Shown one piece after another: positions 30,916 to 40,145 of a DNA stretch of 64,000 nt; position 1 is the first letter of the stretch; every line of letters begins with the position of its first letter. The notes under the pieces were generated by a model. That model was not told the DNA's origin, did no database searches, and saw only the letters and a program-made list of their open reading frames with translations. The DNA lies in NCBI GenBank assembly GCA_963844335.1, contig CAWJNW010000020.1, positions 120,294-184,293 on the forward strand. Direction: 5' to 3'. This DNA comes from an uncultured Planctomycetaceae bacterium. Its GTDB lineage: Bacteria > Planctomycetota > Planctomycetia > Planctomycetales > Planctomycetaceae. A program made the position numbers and the translations under genes.

Positions 30916-33189
30916 ATGGGCGACTCTGAGATCAAAAAGCTCGCCTTTGTCGGCGACTACCTTCCACGGAAGTGCGGAATTGCGACGTTTACTCACGACA
31001 TGTGCGGCTCAATCGCGAAGCGATTTCCGGACGTGCAGTGCTTCGTCGTTCCGGTCAATGATCGACCGGAGGGCTACGACTATCCTCCCGAAGTTCGATT
31101 CGAAGTCATCGAGCAGGATCTCGATAGCTACCGCCGAGCGGCGGATTTCCTCAATTTCGCGAACGTCGATGTCGTTTGTCTGCAGCACGAGTACGGAATT
31201 TACGGCGGCACTGCAGGCAGCCATATCCTGGCGCTGTTGCGCGATCTGCGGATGCCGGTCGTCACAACGTGCCACACGATTCTGAAGGAGCCGGACCCCG
31301 ATCAGCGACGAGTGCTGGTTCAGCTTGCCAGGCTGTCAGCTCGCGTCGTGGTCATGACCGATCGGGCTCGCACCTTTCTGCGCGAAATCTATGACGTACC
31401 TGAATCGAAGATCGATCTTGTCGCTCACGGGATCCCCGACACTGCTTTCGTTTCACCAGACGAATACAAGGATCAATACGGCGTCGCAGGCCGGCCCGTC
31501 GCTTTGACGTTCGGGTTGCTCTCGCCGAACAAGGGGATCGAGCACATGCTGCGTGCGGTCCCGAGAATTGTCGAAGCCTACCCGAACTTCGCTTACATGG
31601 TGCTCGGGGCGACTCACCCGGAACTGGTGCGTCAGCAAGGCGAGCGGTATCGGTTGAGTCTGGAGCGGCTGGCGAGATCTCTAGGCATCGACGATCACGT
31701 GATCTTTTACAATCGATTCGTGGAACTCGATGAGCTCACATCGTTCATTCGCGCGGCAGACATTTATGTGACGCCCTATCTCAATCCAGCTCAGATTACC
31801 TCCGGAACGCTCGCGTATTCATTCGGTTGCGGTAAAGCTGTCGTTTCAACCCCGTATTGGCACGCGGAGGAACTGCTGGCCGATGGACGTGGCGTCCTGG
31901 TGCCCTTCGCCGACTCGGAGGCATTAGCCCGGGAAATCTGCGAGCTGCTCGGCAATGAACCGCGTCGGCTCGAGATGAGCCGACGAGCGTACGCTCTGGG
32001 CCGGGAGATGATCTGGGATCGCTCCGCCGATCATTACATGGAATCGTTCGCTCGGGCGAGGCTTGAGTGCCTTGACCAACCGGCGAAACCGCTCGCAGTT
32101 CGGACGCTCGCCGAGCAACAGGCTGCACGGCCGATGTGGCGGCTCGATCATCTCTCACGGTTGACCGACACGACCGGCATCTTTCAGCATGCGACCTACA
32201 CGATTCCAAGCTATATCGACGGGTATTGCACCGACGACAACGCGCGGGCGTTGTTACTGACGGTTCTTCTCGATGAACTCGGCCAGGCCGGACCGGAAGT
32301 GCGTCGGATCGCCTCGACGACCGCGGCGTTCCTGCAAGCCGCGTTCAATCGGGATCATGGGCGGTTCCGAAACTTCATGAGTTTCGACCGTCGATGGATG
32401 GAAGAAGTCGGATCGGAAGATTCCCATGGCCGGGCCCTATGGGCACTCGGCACGTGCGTAGGGCGCTCTCAGGATCCCGATCTTCCGTTGTGGGCCGCGT
32501 CGCATTTCGAGCTCGCGCTGCCCGCCCTCGTCGAGATGACGTCTCCCCGAGCGTGGGCGTTTGGCCTGCTCGGGATCCACGAATATCTCCGCCGGTTCGG
32601 AGGCGATCGCTCGGCCCGGAACATGCGCGACTCGCTCGTTTCGAAACTTGTCGAACTCTACAAGAACGCTTCGTCCACCGACTGGCTGTGGTTCGAGGAG
32701 GTTCTCTCCTACGACAACGCCCGGCTCTCTCACGCCTTGATCGCCTCGGCCGCGGACTGCGGTGACGCGGAGACCCTTGAGATCGGATTGACCTCCCTCG
32801 AATGGCTCGCTGCCGTTCAACGGGCGCCGCAAGGTCATTTCCGAGCAATCGGGTGCAATGGCTTCTATGCGAAAGGGCAGCAGCCCGCCCGATTTGACCA
32901 ACAGCCGATCGAGGCATTTGCGACGGTTTCCGCCTGCCTCGAAGCCTACCGCGCGACGAGAAACCTGCGCTGGGTTGAGGAGGCCCGATCGGCCTTCGAA
33001 TGGTTCCTCGGCCGCAATGACCTGGGGGCCGATCTGTACGATCCGGCGAGCGGCGGATGCTGCGACGGCCTTCACGAAGACCGGGTCAGTCGCAATCAGG
33101 GGGCGGAATCCACGCTGGCGTTCCTCCTCTCGCTCGCCGAGATGAACCTGTTGGAAAGCTCCCTCGCCGAGTTCCGGGCGGCGCGGTAG
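30916..33189 (+). CDS. GT4-family glycosyltransferase (N-terminal 390 aa or so) fused to a helical-repeat domain of about 370 aa, possibly (alpha/alpha)6 glycosidase-like.
   Basis: Intact ORF. GT-B part: KLAFVGDYLPRKCGIATFT, QHEYGIYGG, TFGLLSPNKGIE, YVTPYLNPAQITSGTLAYSFGCGKAVVSTPYWHAEELLADGRGVLVPF. C-terminal part: GYCTDDNARAL, SEDSHGRALWALG, SYDNARLSHAL, NQGAESTLAFLLSL. No signal peptide. Confidence 0.75.
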   Translation: MGDSEIKKLAFVGDYLPRKCGIATFTHDMCGSIAKRFPDVQCFVVPVNDRPEGYDYPPEVRFEVIEQDLDSYRRAADFLNFANVDVVCLQHEYGIYGGTAGSHILALLRDLRMPVVTTCHTILKEPDPDQRRVLVQLARLSARVVVMTDRARTFLREIYDVPESKIDLVAHGIPDTAFVSPDEYKDQYGVAGRPVALTFGLLSPNKGIEHMLRAVPRIVEAYPNFAYMVLGATHPELVRQQGERYRLSLERLARSLGIDDHVIFYNRFVELDELTSFIRAADIYVTPYLNPAQITSGTLAYSFGCGKAVVSTPYWHAEELLADGRGVLVPFADSEALAREICELLGNEPRRLEMSRRAYALGREMIWDRSADHYMESFARARLECLDQPAKPLAVRTLAEQQAARPMWRLDHLSRLTDTTGIFQHATYTIPSYIDGYCTDDNARALLLTVLLDELGQAGPEVRRIASTTAAFLQAAFNRDHGRFRNFMSFDRRWMEEVGSEDSHGRALWALGTCVGRSQDPDLPLWAASHFELALPALVEMTSPRAWAFGLLGIHEYLRRFGGDRSARNMRDSLVSKLVELYKNASSTDWLWFEEVLSYDNARLSHALIASAADCGDAETLEIGLTSLEWLAAVQRAPQGHFRAIGCNGFYAKGQQPARFDQQPIEAFATVSACLEAYRATRNLRWVEEARSAFEWFLGRNDLGADLYDPASGGCCDGLHEDRVSRNQGAESTLAFLLSLAEMNLLESSLAEFRAAR

Positions 33190-33241
33190 TGTTCCGCGGT
33201 GTTCATCAACCTCCACTCAAGAACGAGTCACGTTAGCCACG

Positions 33242-34711
33242 ATGGCGGAAACTGCCTACATGGACGTTCGGCGCACCGGGATCACGCTCAAGCCGAATAA
33301 CTCCCGAGTTGTCATTCGCCCCTTCGAACCGACGAGCGAGCAGCGGTTCGAGAAAATCATCGCGCGGATCTCTTCGCTTTCCGAAGACGACGTCGCGACG
33401 CAGCTCGACATGGTGATGCGAGAGTTTCGCGGTCGCCATCAGCGGACGCGCGAGTTCTTCATGCGCCGATTCGAACAGGTGCGCGGGTACCTGTTGACCG
33501 ACCAGCAGTTGAGCGAAAGCCGGCGTCTTCTCATCGGCGCTTACTTCACGCAGGAATACGCACTTGAGTCGGCGGCCCTGTTCAATCCGTCGATGGTGTG
33601 GCACCCCGACCAGTCGGGCCTGCCGGAAGGGACGCGACGGTTCGTGGTCAGTCTCCGAGCCACCGGCGAAGGGCACATCTCATCGATCACGTTCCGGTCG
33701 GGCGTCATCGATGCGCAGAACCGAATCCTCATCGACGAGCCGACACGATTTGTCACGGCCCCGGATCTCGTTCCCAACGCTCTCTACGAGAAGGTCCTGT
33801 TCTATCGGAAGCTGACCGAGCTCGCCGTCAATGGACCTTTCACAGACCAGGTCATGGCCGCCCTCACCGACCACTTCACACTTGGCGACCTGGAGCAGAC
33901 CCTTCGAAATGTGATGCGGCATAACCGCGCCCGCCATCGCGAGTTCGAACCCATTGCGCACACGATGCTCGTGTTGGCGAAAAGCAATTATGAAATCCGT
34001 TTCGACAGCGATCTGAACGTCTCGGAACGGATCATCTTCCCGTCGTCACCGAGCGAAACGAACGGAATCGAAGACGCGAGATTCGTCCAGTTCACCCATG
34101 AGGACGGCCGCGTCTGTTATTACGCCACCTATACGGCGTACGACGGGCGGGTCATCCTTCCGCAAATGCTCGAGACCGAAGATTTCCTGCATTTCAGGGT
34201 CGATACGCTGAACGGCCCCGAGGTCCGCAATAAGGGATTTGCGCTTTTCCCCAGAATGGTCAAGGGGCAATACGCCATGCTCTCGCGGCAGGACAACGAG
34301 AACATCTATCTGATGTACTCCGACATGCTGCACTTCTGGTACACGAAGGAGCTGATCGCGAAGCCCACGTATCCTTGGGAGTTCGTCCAACTGGGGAATT
34401 GCGGCTCGCCGATCGAGACCGAGCATGGCTGGCTCGTGCTGACGCACGGAGTCGGCCCGATGCGTAAGTATGCGATGGGAGCGTTCCTGCTGGATCTCGA
34501 GGATCCGGCTCGCGTCATCGGCCGACTGCCGGTGCCCCTGCTCGAGCCGGATGCGAATGAACGCGAAGGCTACGTGCCAAACGTCGTCTATAGCTGCGGC
34601 GCAACACTGCACAACGGCGAATTGATCATTCCCTACGCGATGTCGGACTACGCAAGTGCCTTTGCGACCATACCGCTTCAGCAGGTGATCGACGCGATGG
34701 TCCGGCCCTGA
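33242..34711 (+). CDS. GH130-family (beta-mannoside phosphorylase/hydrolase-like) protein with an N-terminal extension of about 190 aa.
   Basis: The C-terminal 300 aa or so carry NGIEDARFVQF, YYATYTAYDG, NKGFALFPR, GNCGSPIETEHGWLVLTHGVG, MGAFLLDLEDP and EGYVPNVVYSCG. I do not recognise the N-terminal domain. No signal peptide. Confidence 0.75.
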   Translation: MAETAYMDVRRTGITLKPNNSRVVIRPFEPTSEQRFEKIIARISSLSEDDVATQLDMVMREFRGRHQRTREFFMRRFEQVRGYLLTDQQLSESRRLLIGAYFTQEYALESAALFNPSMVWHPDQSGLPEGTRRFVVSLRATGEGHISSITFRSGVIDAQNRILIDEPTRFVTAPDLVPNALYEKVLFYRKLTELAVNGPFTDQVMAALTDHFTLGDLEQTLRNVMRHNRARHREFEPIAHTMLVLAKSNYEIRFDSDLNVSERIIFPSSPSETNGIEDARFVQFTHEDGRVCYYATYTAYDGRVILPQMLETEDFLHFRVDTLNGPEVRNKGFALFPRMVKGQYAMLSRQDNENIYLMYSDMLHFWYTKELIAKPTYPWEFVQLGNCGSPIETEHGWLVLTHGVGPMRKYAMGAFLLDLEDPARVIGRLPVPLLEPDANEREGYVPNVVYSCGATLHNGELIIPYAMSDYASAFATIPLQQVIDAMVRP

Positions 34712-34726
34712 GACGTCGTTTCGCGA

Positions 34727-35803
34727 TCAATCGAACGCGTCGGCGTCGGACAACGAGTCGAGCAGCTCTTTCACCGAAAACTCGGCGACCGCGGTACACG
34801 TATCCGCCGCTCCGTAGTACACGAGCAGCGAGTCTGCGTCCTTCACGACGCCTGTCGGAAAAACGACGTTCGGCACAAAACCGTCAAGCTCGAATTCGGC
34901 TTCGGGGATGAGGAACGGTGACTGCGACCGCCGCAGAACTCGTGTCGGATCATCGGCATCAAGCAGCATCGCTGCGCCGAAATAGGCGCCGACATCTCCG
35001 GGACGCGCCGGTCGCCGATTCCCGTGGTAGATCACGAGCCAGCCCTCGGGAACACGGATCGGAGGGGCGCCTCCCCCGACTCGGCCCGATTGCCACTCGC
35101 CGCCTTTGACCGACAGGGGGGCGTGGTTTCCCCAATGGGCGAGATCGGGCGATCGGGCCACCCACATCTCCGGTCGGGTAAAGGGCGTCCCGCACACCGG
35201 CCGATGCATCGCGTAGTACGAATCCCCGATCTTTTCAGGGAAGAGAGTGACGTCTTTATTCTCGGGACAGAAAGCGATTCCGTGCCGCTCGAACGTGCGG
35301 AAGTCCACAGTGGATGCCAATGCCGTCGCCGGTCCGTGTCGTGAGACGGCGACGTATGTGACGTAGTACCGTCCGTTGAGCGCCGTGATCCGCGGATCTT
35401 CGACGCCGAATTCCTCTGACTGTTTCTCTGGCAGGAACAGCGGCTCACTGATGGAACGTACGGCTCGACCGTTTCCGCAGCGAACAACTCGAAGATGCGA
35501 CGTGAACGTGAGCCGCACGAGTCCGTCGGTTTTGCGCATGACGACCCGCGCATCGATCGAGTCGATCTGATCATCGGCAACCCAATCGACGGTCAAACCG
35601 TTGCCGGCATTCCACCTCGGCAGGCCGGTGAAACCGGCTCTCTTCTCTCGAACGCGTTCGGCAACGCGCACAAGGAGCACGACTTCGCCATCGATCTGTA
35701 TTGCGCCGGGATTGAAGACTCCCACGACTTCGAAGTCGTCGTGTGAAGGCGTGACGTCTTCAGGGCGCAGCAAGAGCTTGGTCAAGAGTCGTCTGACTGT
35801 CAT
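34727..35803 (-). CDS. GH130-family protein (canonical length).
   Basis: VGVFNPGAI, FGVEDPRITALNGRYYVTYVAVS, NKDVTLFPEKIG, GGGAPPIRVPEGWLVIYHG, GAAMLLDADDP and DGFVPNVVFPTG. ATG 35803 overlaps the upstream stop (ATGA). Confidence 0.8.
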   Translation of the reverse strand: MTVRRLLTKLLLRPEDVTPSHDDFEVVGVFNPGAIQIDGEVVLLVRVAERVREKRAGFTGLPRWNAGNGLTVDWVADDQIDSIDARVVMRKTDGLVRLTFTSHLRVVRCGNGRAVRSISEPLFLPEKQSEEFGVEDPRITALNGRYYVTYVAVSRHGPATALASTVDFRTFERHGIAFCPENKDVTLFPEKIGDSYYAMHRPVCGTPFTRPEMWVARSPDLAHWGNHAPLSVKGGEWQSGRVGGGAPPIRVPEGWLVIYHGNRRPARPGDVGAYFGAAMLLDADDPTRVLRRSQSPFLIPEAEFELDGFVPNVVFPTGVVKDADSLLVYYGAADTCTAVAEFSVKELLDSLSDADAFD

Positions 35804-36927
35804 CGCAAGGCCGTTCCGCGATGCGACATCGCGTCGGCGTCGCATGCCATCGCCAGTGAATCATGACCGTTGGCTTCCGTCACGACGCGCTGATGGCTGC
35901 GGTCCCGGATCCACGCGACCTGATCTTCCATCAGTGCTGTCAGTAGCCGCCCGTAAAGCACGGACTTTGACTCCCCGTCGCCGTACGAAAGCAGGATCGA
36001 CTGGTAAGAATCGATCTCACGCCCCCGCCCTCGACAAGCCCGATCCTTGCCTCCGTAAGCCGCGAGAACGTCGAGTCGGGCGCCTGGAAAGAGGTCGCAT
36101 AGCTCTCGAGTCTGGCGCTCGTCCACCAGCGCATGAACGCGAGCCCTGGTCGGAACCCAATCGAAGAGCGTGACGTCACCCCGTTCGAAGATGAGTCGAA
36201 GCTGCTGGCGGTCCATGCGGCCGGCCTGATGAAACCCATGATAGAAGTCCACCAGCCCCCGTTCGCCGAATCGCGCCGTGGCGTGGACTTCTTCCTCGAT
36301 CGTCGTTGCCGGACGAACGCCAACATGTGCCGCTTGCACGCTCCCTGGCCCGAGCCAGCCAGCGAACAAGTCGAAAAAGTGGACGCCATGTTCGATGAAG
36401 ATGCCGCCGCTCAGCCTGCGGTCCCAGAACCAATGCTCCGCGGGGAGGTTTTCATCGGACGCAAGGTTCTCAAAGGATCCGAACAACACATCGCCGAGTG
36501 CCTTGCTTTCAATCAGACGCCGGATCGCATCGAACAGCGGGTTGTAGCGCTGCATCAGGTTCGCGACGATCAACCGATCCCGACTACTCGCCGCGGCAAT
36601 CAATTCCTCGGCCTGCGCGACAGTCATCGCCAACGGTTTCTCGACGATCACGTGCTTGCCAGCCTCGAGTGCCGCTAGAGCTTGCGGGTGGTGGAGGAAC
36701 GGCGGCGTGGCGATGTAAACGAGATCAACATCCTCTCGTTCGAGGAGGTGTTCCACTTCATCGACGTTCTCGACGCCGAATCGCGCCGCGGCAGCCAGAG
36801 CGGCCGGACGATGAGTGCCCGCCATGCCGACCAGATGAACGCCCGGCACTTGAGTGAACTGCTGCAGCGCAAACAGCCCGAAACCACCGCAGCCGATCAC
36901 TCCCAGGCCAAGCGATTCATCGGGCAT
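35800..36927 (-). CDS. Gfo/Idh/MocA-family NAD(P)-dependent oxidoreductase.
   Basis: LGVIGCGGFGLFALQQF ... VYIATPPFLHHPQALAALEAGKHVIVEKPLA, a Rossmann domain plus the EKP motif. Confidence 0.85.
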   Translation of the reverse strand: MPDESLGLGVIGCGGFGLFALQQFTQVPGVHLVGMAGTHRPAALAAAARFGVENVDEVEHLLEREDVDLVYIATPPFLHHPQALAALEAGKHVIVEKPLAMTVAQAEELIAAASSRDRLIVANLMQRYNPLFDAIRRLIESKALGDVLFGSFENLASDENLPAEHWFWDRRLSGGIFIEHGVHFFDLFAGWLGPGSVQAAHVGVRPATTIEEEVHATARFGERGLVDFYHGFHQAGRMDRQQLRLIFERGDVTLFDWVPTRARVHALVDERQTRELCDLFPGARLDVLAAYGGKDRACRGRGREIDSYQSILLSYGDGESKSVLYGRLLTALMEDQVAWIRDRSHQRVVTEANGHDSLAMACDADAMSHRGTALR

Positions 36928-37159
36928 ATTGTCAGGCCCTCAGTGGGAGGCAGACTGTCGTACCGGCAGTCACGTTCAGGGGCAGCATGCCTCCACGTCA
37001 CGAGCAAGGCTTCTGCTGTTCGACGTGCGGGCTCAACCGATCGGCGACTCGATAGCCCGTTCCGTCCGACAAAATATGGCGGATACAACCGCCTGTGCCT
37101 CGACGGTTTGCTCCTGAGCGATACGGCGCAACCGAAATGTCGGTCCAACGATGTTTCTA

Positions 37160-37597
37160 TCAGAGAGTCGGCTGCACCTTGGATGCTTTCGGCGGCATCG
37201 CCTGGCGAATCGGGACACGGGCCCCGAGCTCCATCCATAGATCGCCATCCAGCTCGACCACTCCTCCCGCCGAGAACACTTCCTGGTCATTGAATTGCTT
37301 CACGACCCGCGGTCTCGCGTTGACGTCCGTGGCCTGGCACATCATCAGATAACAAGTGGCGCCTTGGCGAACCCGCTCAACGTGTTGCAACCTCTCCTGG
37401 TCGCCGGAGTTCTTGACTTCCACCTCATGGCTGTCGTGATGAGTCACCTGCACTAATCGTCGGCCATTCTGAGTCTGGAATTCATCTTGCCAGACCCTCA
37501 GGAAGACTGCTCCATCTGACGGCCGGACTGAACCCCAGCCTTGCCGCGAATTCACGACAGGCGCACCAAGCTTGGCGAAGAACTCTTTTTGTGACAC
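37160..37597 (-). CDS. Hypothetical protein (about 145 aa, cytoplasmic), family not recognised.
   Basis: Coding-like composition: VSQKEFFAKLGAPVVNSRQGWGSVRPSDGAVFLRVWQDEF ... ERLQHVERVRQGATCYLMMCQATD. AGGA lies 6 nt before the GTG at 37597. The ORF-track N-terminal extension looks non-coding. Confidence 0.45.
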   Translation of the reverse strand: MSQKEFFAKLGAPVVNSRQGWGSVRPSDGAVFLRVWQDEFQTQNGRRLVQVTHHDSHEVEVKNSGDQERLQHVERVRQGATCYLMMCQATDVNARPRVVKQFNDQEVFSAGGVVELDGDLWMELGARVPIRQAMPPKASKVQPTL

Positions 37598-37851
37598 AGG
37601 AGATCCTAGAAGTTGGGCATCACACGTGTGCCCACGATGCCAGATCGCAGTCGATCTAAACGCCGTGGCCGCCACGGCCCGCACAGAATGTGATTCAGGC
37701 CATCCGCGATTGTATCACGGACCGGGCAGCGACGGCAGAAGAAAACGAGGCTTGGTCGTTGACGGTGTTCTCGAAACAGCGTCGCGATCGTCTGATGGGA
37801 AAGACTGCAAGGGACCGATCGGGATTGAAAGCAACCATGGGTGCAAAGCGA

Positions 37852-37886
37852 AACAGGCCCGAGCCGCACGTCGGCTCGGGCCTGTT
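37852..37886 (-). terminator. Strong hairpin terminator 3' of the PEP-CTERM protein gene.
   Basis: AACAGGCCCGAGCCG cacgt CGGCTCGGGCCTGTT, a perfect 15-bp stem 5 nt after the stop, followed on the minus strand by UUCGCUUUG. Confidence 0.7.
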
Positions 37887-37891
37887 GTCGA

Positions 37892-38590
37892 TCAGTCACA
37901 CGCTAGCTCGCCATCGATGAAGGATGGCATCAGACAGCAGCCGTGCCGGTTTCGTCGTCGCTTGCGAAGGTGCGACGCTCCGAATCCAAAGACACCCAGC
38001 CCAACCAGAGCTAAGGTCGAGGGTTCCGGGGCGTGAGGCACTTCGGCGAGGCCGCCGTTATTGCCGTAGATCCTAACGCTGTCGATCCGGACGCGGGCCG
38101 ATGCGCCGCCGTTGTGGTCATAGACGTACAGTTTCAACAGGTCTCCCAAAATGGAGACTCCGGTCAACGAAATGCTGTACGTCTGAAAACTCGGGAACTG
38201 AGCGCCGGCGACGACTGCCTCGGCGTTGGAGCCGTTGCCGACGAAGCGAACGCCAAGTGTGCCCTCTCCGCCGTCGCCCATGAAGGCAGCGTCGAACTCG
38301 ATTCGATCGAGCGAGATCGACGCTCCGGGAAGAGCCGCGATCGCGAACGTTGCGAACGGAGCTTCAACTTCCGATGTGGCAGTGCTCTCGTTGAAAGCGT
38401 AAGCGCCACCGTTGAAGGCGCCGCCGGTTCCGGCGTTGAACGTTCCAGCGAGAATACTAGGATTCAACGAGCTAGCGATGTTGCCGCCAGTGAAATTATA
38501 TTCCACGAGCATTTCGGCATTCGCGGACGCAGAGATGGCAAGCAAACCAATGGCCGACAGCGCCAGCCGGGAAATGCGCAAAGTCTTCAT
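37892..38590 (-). CDS. PEP-CTERM sorting-domain secreted protein (exosortase substrate candidate).
   Basis: Signal peptide MKTLRISRLALSAIGLLAISASANA. The C-terminus VPHAPEPSTLALVGLGVFGFGASHLRKRRR has a PEP motif, a TM helix and an Arg cluster, followed by about 20 extra residues. Confidence 0.8.
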   Translation of the reverse strand: MKTLRISRLALSAIGLLAISASANAEMLVEYNFTGGNIASSLNPSILAGTFNAGTGGAFNGGAYAFNESTATSEVEAPFATFAIAALPGASISLDRIEFDAAFMGDGGEGTLGVRFVGNGSNAEAVVAGAQFPSFQTYSISLTGVSILGDLLKLYVYDHNGGASARVRIDSVRIYGNNGGLAEVPHAPEPSTLALVGLGVFGFGASHLRKRRRNRHGCCLMPSFIDGELACD

Positions 38591-38663
38591 CTTTGTAACC
38601 TCTTCAAGAAGCTGTTGAACGTTTGGGAAGATCCGATCGCCACAACGGCGCGGACCCAATGCG

Positions 38664-39038
38664 TCAACAGGCCGCTCGAGGCGGTTTAAATGGGCCGGCG
38701 TGGCTCGGCTGCTGATACCGGCGAGTCTGCTCACGCATGAGAGACGACGTGATGTCATCGCTCACGAAGCAGACACGCGTGGCTGGAAGAGCCCCGGCAG
38801 TGACGCCGCCGGTCAGACTGTTAGGACCGCTTGAATCCATTCCCGCAGACTGGCTCGCGATGGCAATGAGCGGCTCAGGCCCTTCTGGCGATGGGCGAGG
38901 ATCCCTGTCGGGTGGAGACGCGCTCGCACCCATGTCGGAACCGACCCTCAACTCGATCGATGAGAAGAGGAACTCGGCCCGCGACTCCGCCACGGGCGTC
39001 CCTGCAACGATCGCAAGCAAAAGAATTCGGCGTATCAT
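38664..39038 (-). CDS. Hypothetical small secreted protein.
   Basis: Start at MIRRILLLAIVAGTPVAESRA (signal-like). Pro/Ser-rich, with no recognisable domain. Weak call. Confidence 0.3.
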   Translation of the reverse strand: MIRRILLLAIVAGTPVAESRAEFLFSSIELRVGSDMGASASPPDRDPRPSPEGPEPLIAIASQSAGMDSSGPNSLTGGVTAGALPATRVCFVSDDITSSLMREQTRRYQQPSHAGPFKPPRAAC

Positions 39039-39197
39039 CGGGATCCGACCCGAACAGCCCAGAAGCACGGCAAACGGTAGCCGAGTCGAAGAGTTTTTAC
39101 AATCTCCAACTCGATCGTTTCGCCAAGTGGGGCCTCTTCGGCTGCGCGAAGTGACGCCACGCCCCATCGGGGCAATTTCCAGGCCGGATCTGCCCGA

Positions 39198-39584
39198 TTA
39201 CCGGCGACGCGATGGAAAAAAGGATCCGAAGCTCTGGAACCCCGTCCGGTGGCCAGTCGCTCCAATGGTCGATGTTGGACTCTGCGCCATCGATAGCGGT
39301 TGTCCCATCGTCCGACGAACGTCTTCGATCTCGTATCCCAGACGAGCGTTCGCACGACGAAGTTCCAACTCCGGGCGAACCTGGCGGAAGTATTGGTAGG
39401 CCGCGCTTCGGTTTCCCGATCCCGCAACGGCCAAATCCAGGTAGGGACTCGTCACTGGACGCGTCGAAGGAGTCAGTGGCGGCGGCCCTAAGGGACCGGG
39501 AGGCTGGGCCTGCACGCCGGCGAAGCCAAACCCGATGAAGGCGATGGTCGCCAACGCACTTCGAGATCGTAAGGAACCCATCAT
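39198..39584 (-). CDS. Hypothetical secreted protein.
   Basis: Signal peptide MMGSLRSRSALATIAFIGFGFAGVQA, a Pro-rich linker, then SPYLDLAVAGSGNRSAAYQYFRQVRPELELRRANARL. I believe similar small proteins recur in Planctomycetota, but this is unverified memory. Confidence 0.45.
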   Translation of the reverse strand: MMGSLRSRSALATIAFIGFGFAGVQAQPPGPLGPPPLTPSTRPVTSPYLDLAVAGSGNRSAAYQYFRQVRPELELRRANARLGYEIEDVRRTMGQPLSMAQSPTSTIGATGHRTGFQSFGSFFPSRRR

Positions 39585-40145
39585 TCTGCCTCCTGTCTCG
39601 TCAGTTTGCCCCTTCCGTGAAGCGGCATTTGCCAGACCGACATTCCTAACCATCGGTGCGCCGAGGAACGGGGCGTGACAGACCTTCTTTCAATAGTTCA
39701 GAGAAATCTTACAAACCCATCGCCTTCGTGACCGAACGTGTTGAACGCAAGGAGGCGACTGGCGACCGGAATCGCGATTTTCGGCGGTTTTTCAAAGGTG
39801 CCGTCTCGCATCAACACATGGCAAGGTTAGAATTGGATGCAAATCTTGGCCACCGCCGAGGCTGAAGCCAAGCCCTTCCTCGAGCCGCCGATGGTGGAAA
39901 GCCGCCTCCGTTGACCACGGTCTTCGTCATCTGTGGCGTCTGGATTCTGACGTGTACGTTCCTTGCGTACGCCGTCGTGCGCACTGGCGCCGCGAGTGAC
40001 AAGGCTCACATCCAGATGCAGCGGCGCGAGAAGCCCGAGCCGCCGCCAGCCGAATCGGCAAGTGAGAACGGGTTTGAGCGCCCTCAAGAAAACTCCTTCA
40101 AGCCGACGTGACGTTGTCAGTGCAACGCTCACGCTCCGGTGAACT

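Noticed and set aside
39911-40111. 66-aa ORF with one hydrophobic segment in the intergenic region upstream of 39198-39584.
   Set aside because: It has a TTG start without a Shine-Dalgarno sequence, no conservation evidence available, and an Arg/Pro/Glu-rich tail typical of random GC-rich frames.
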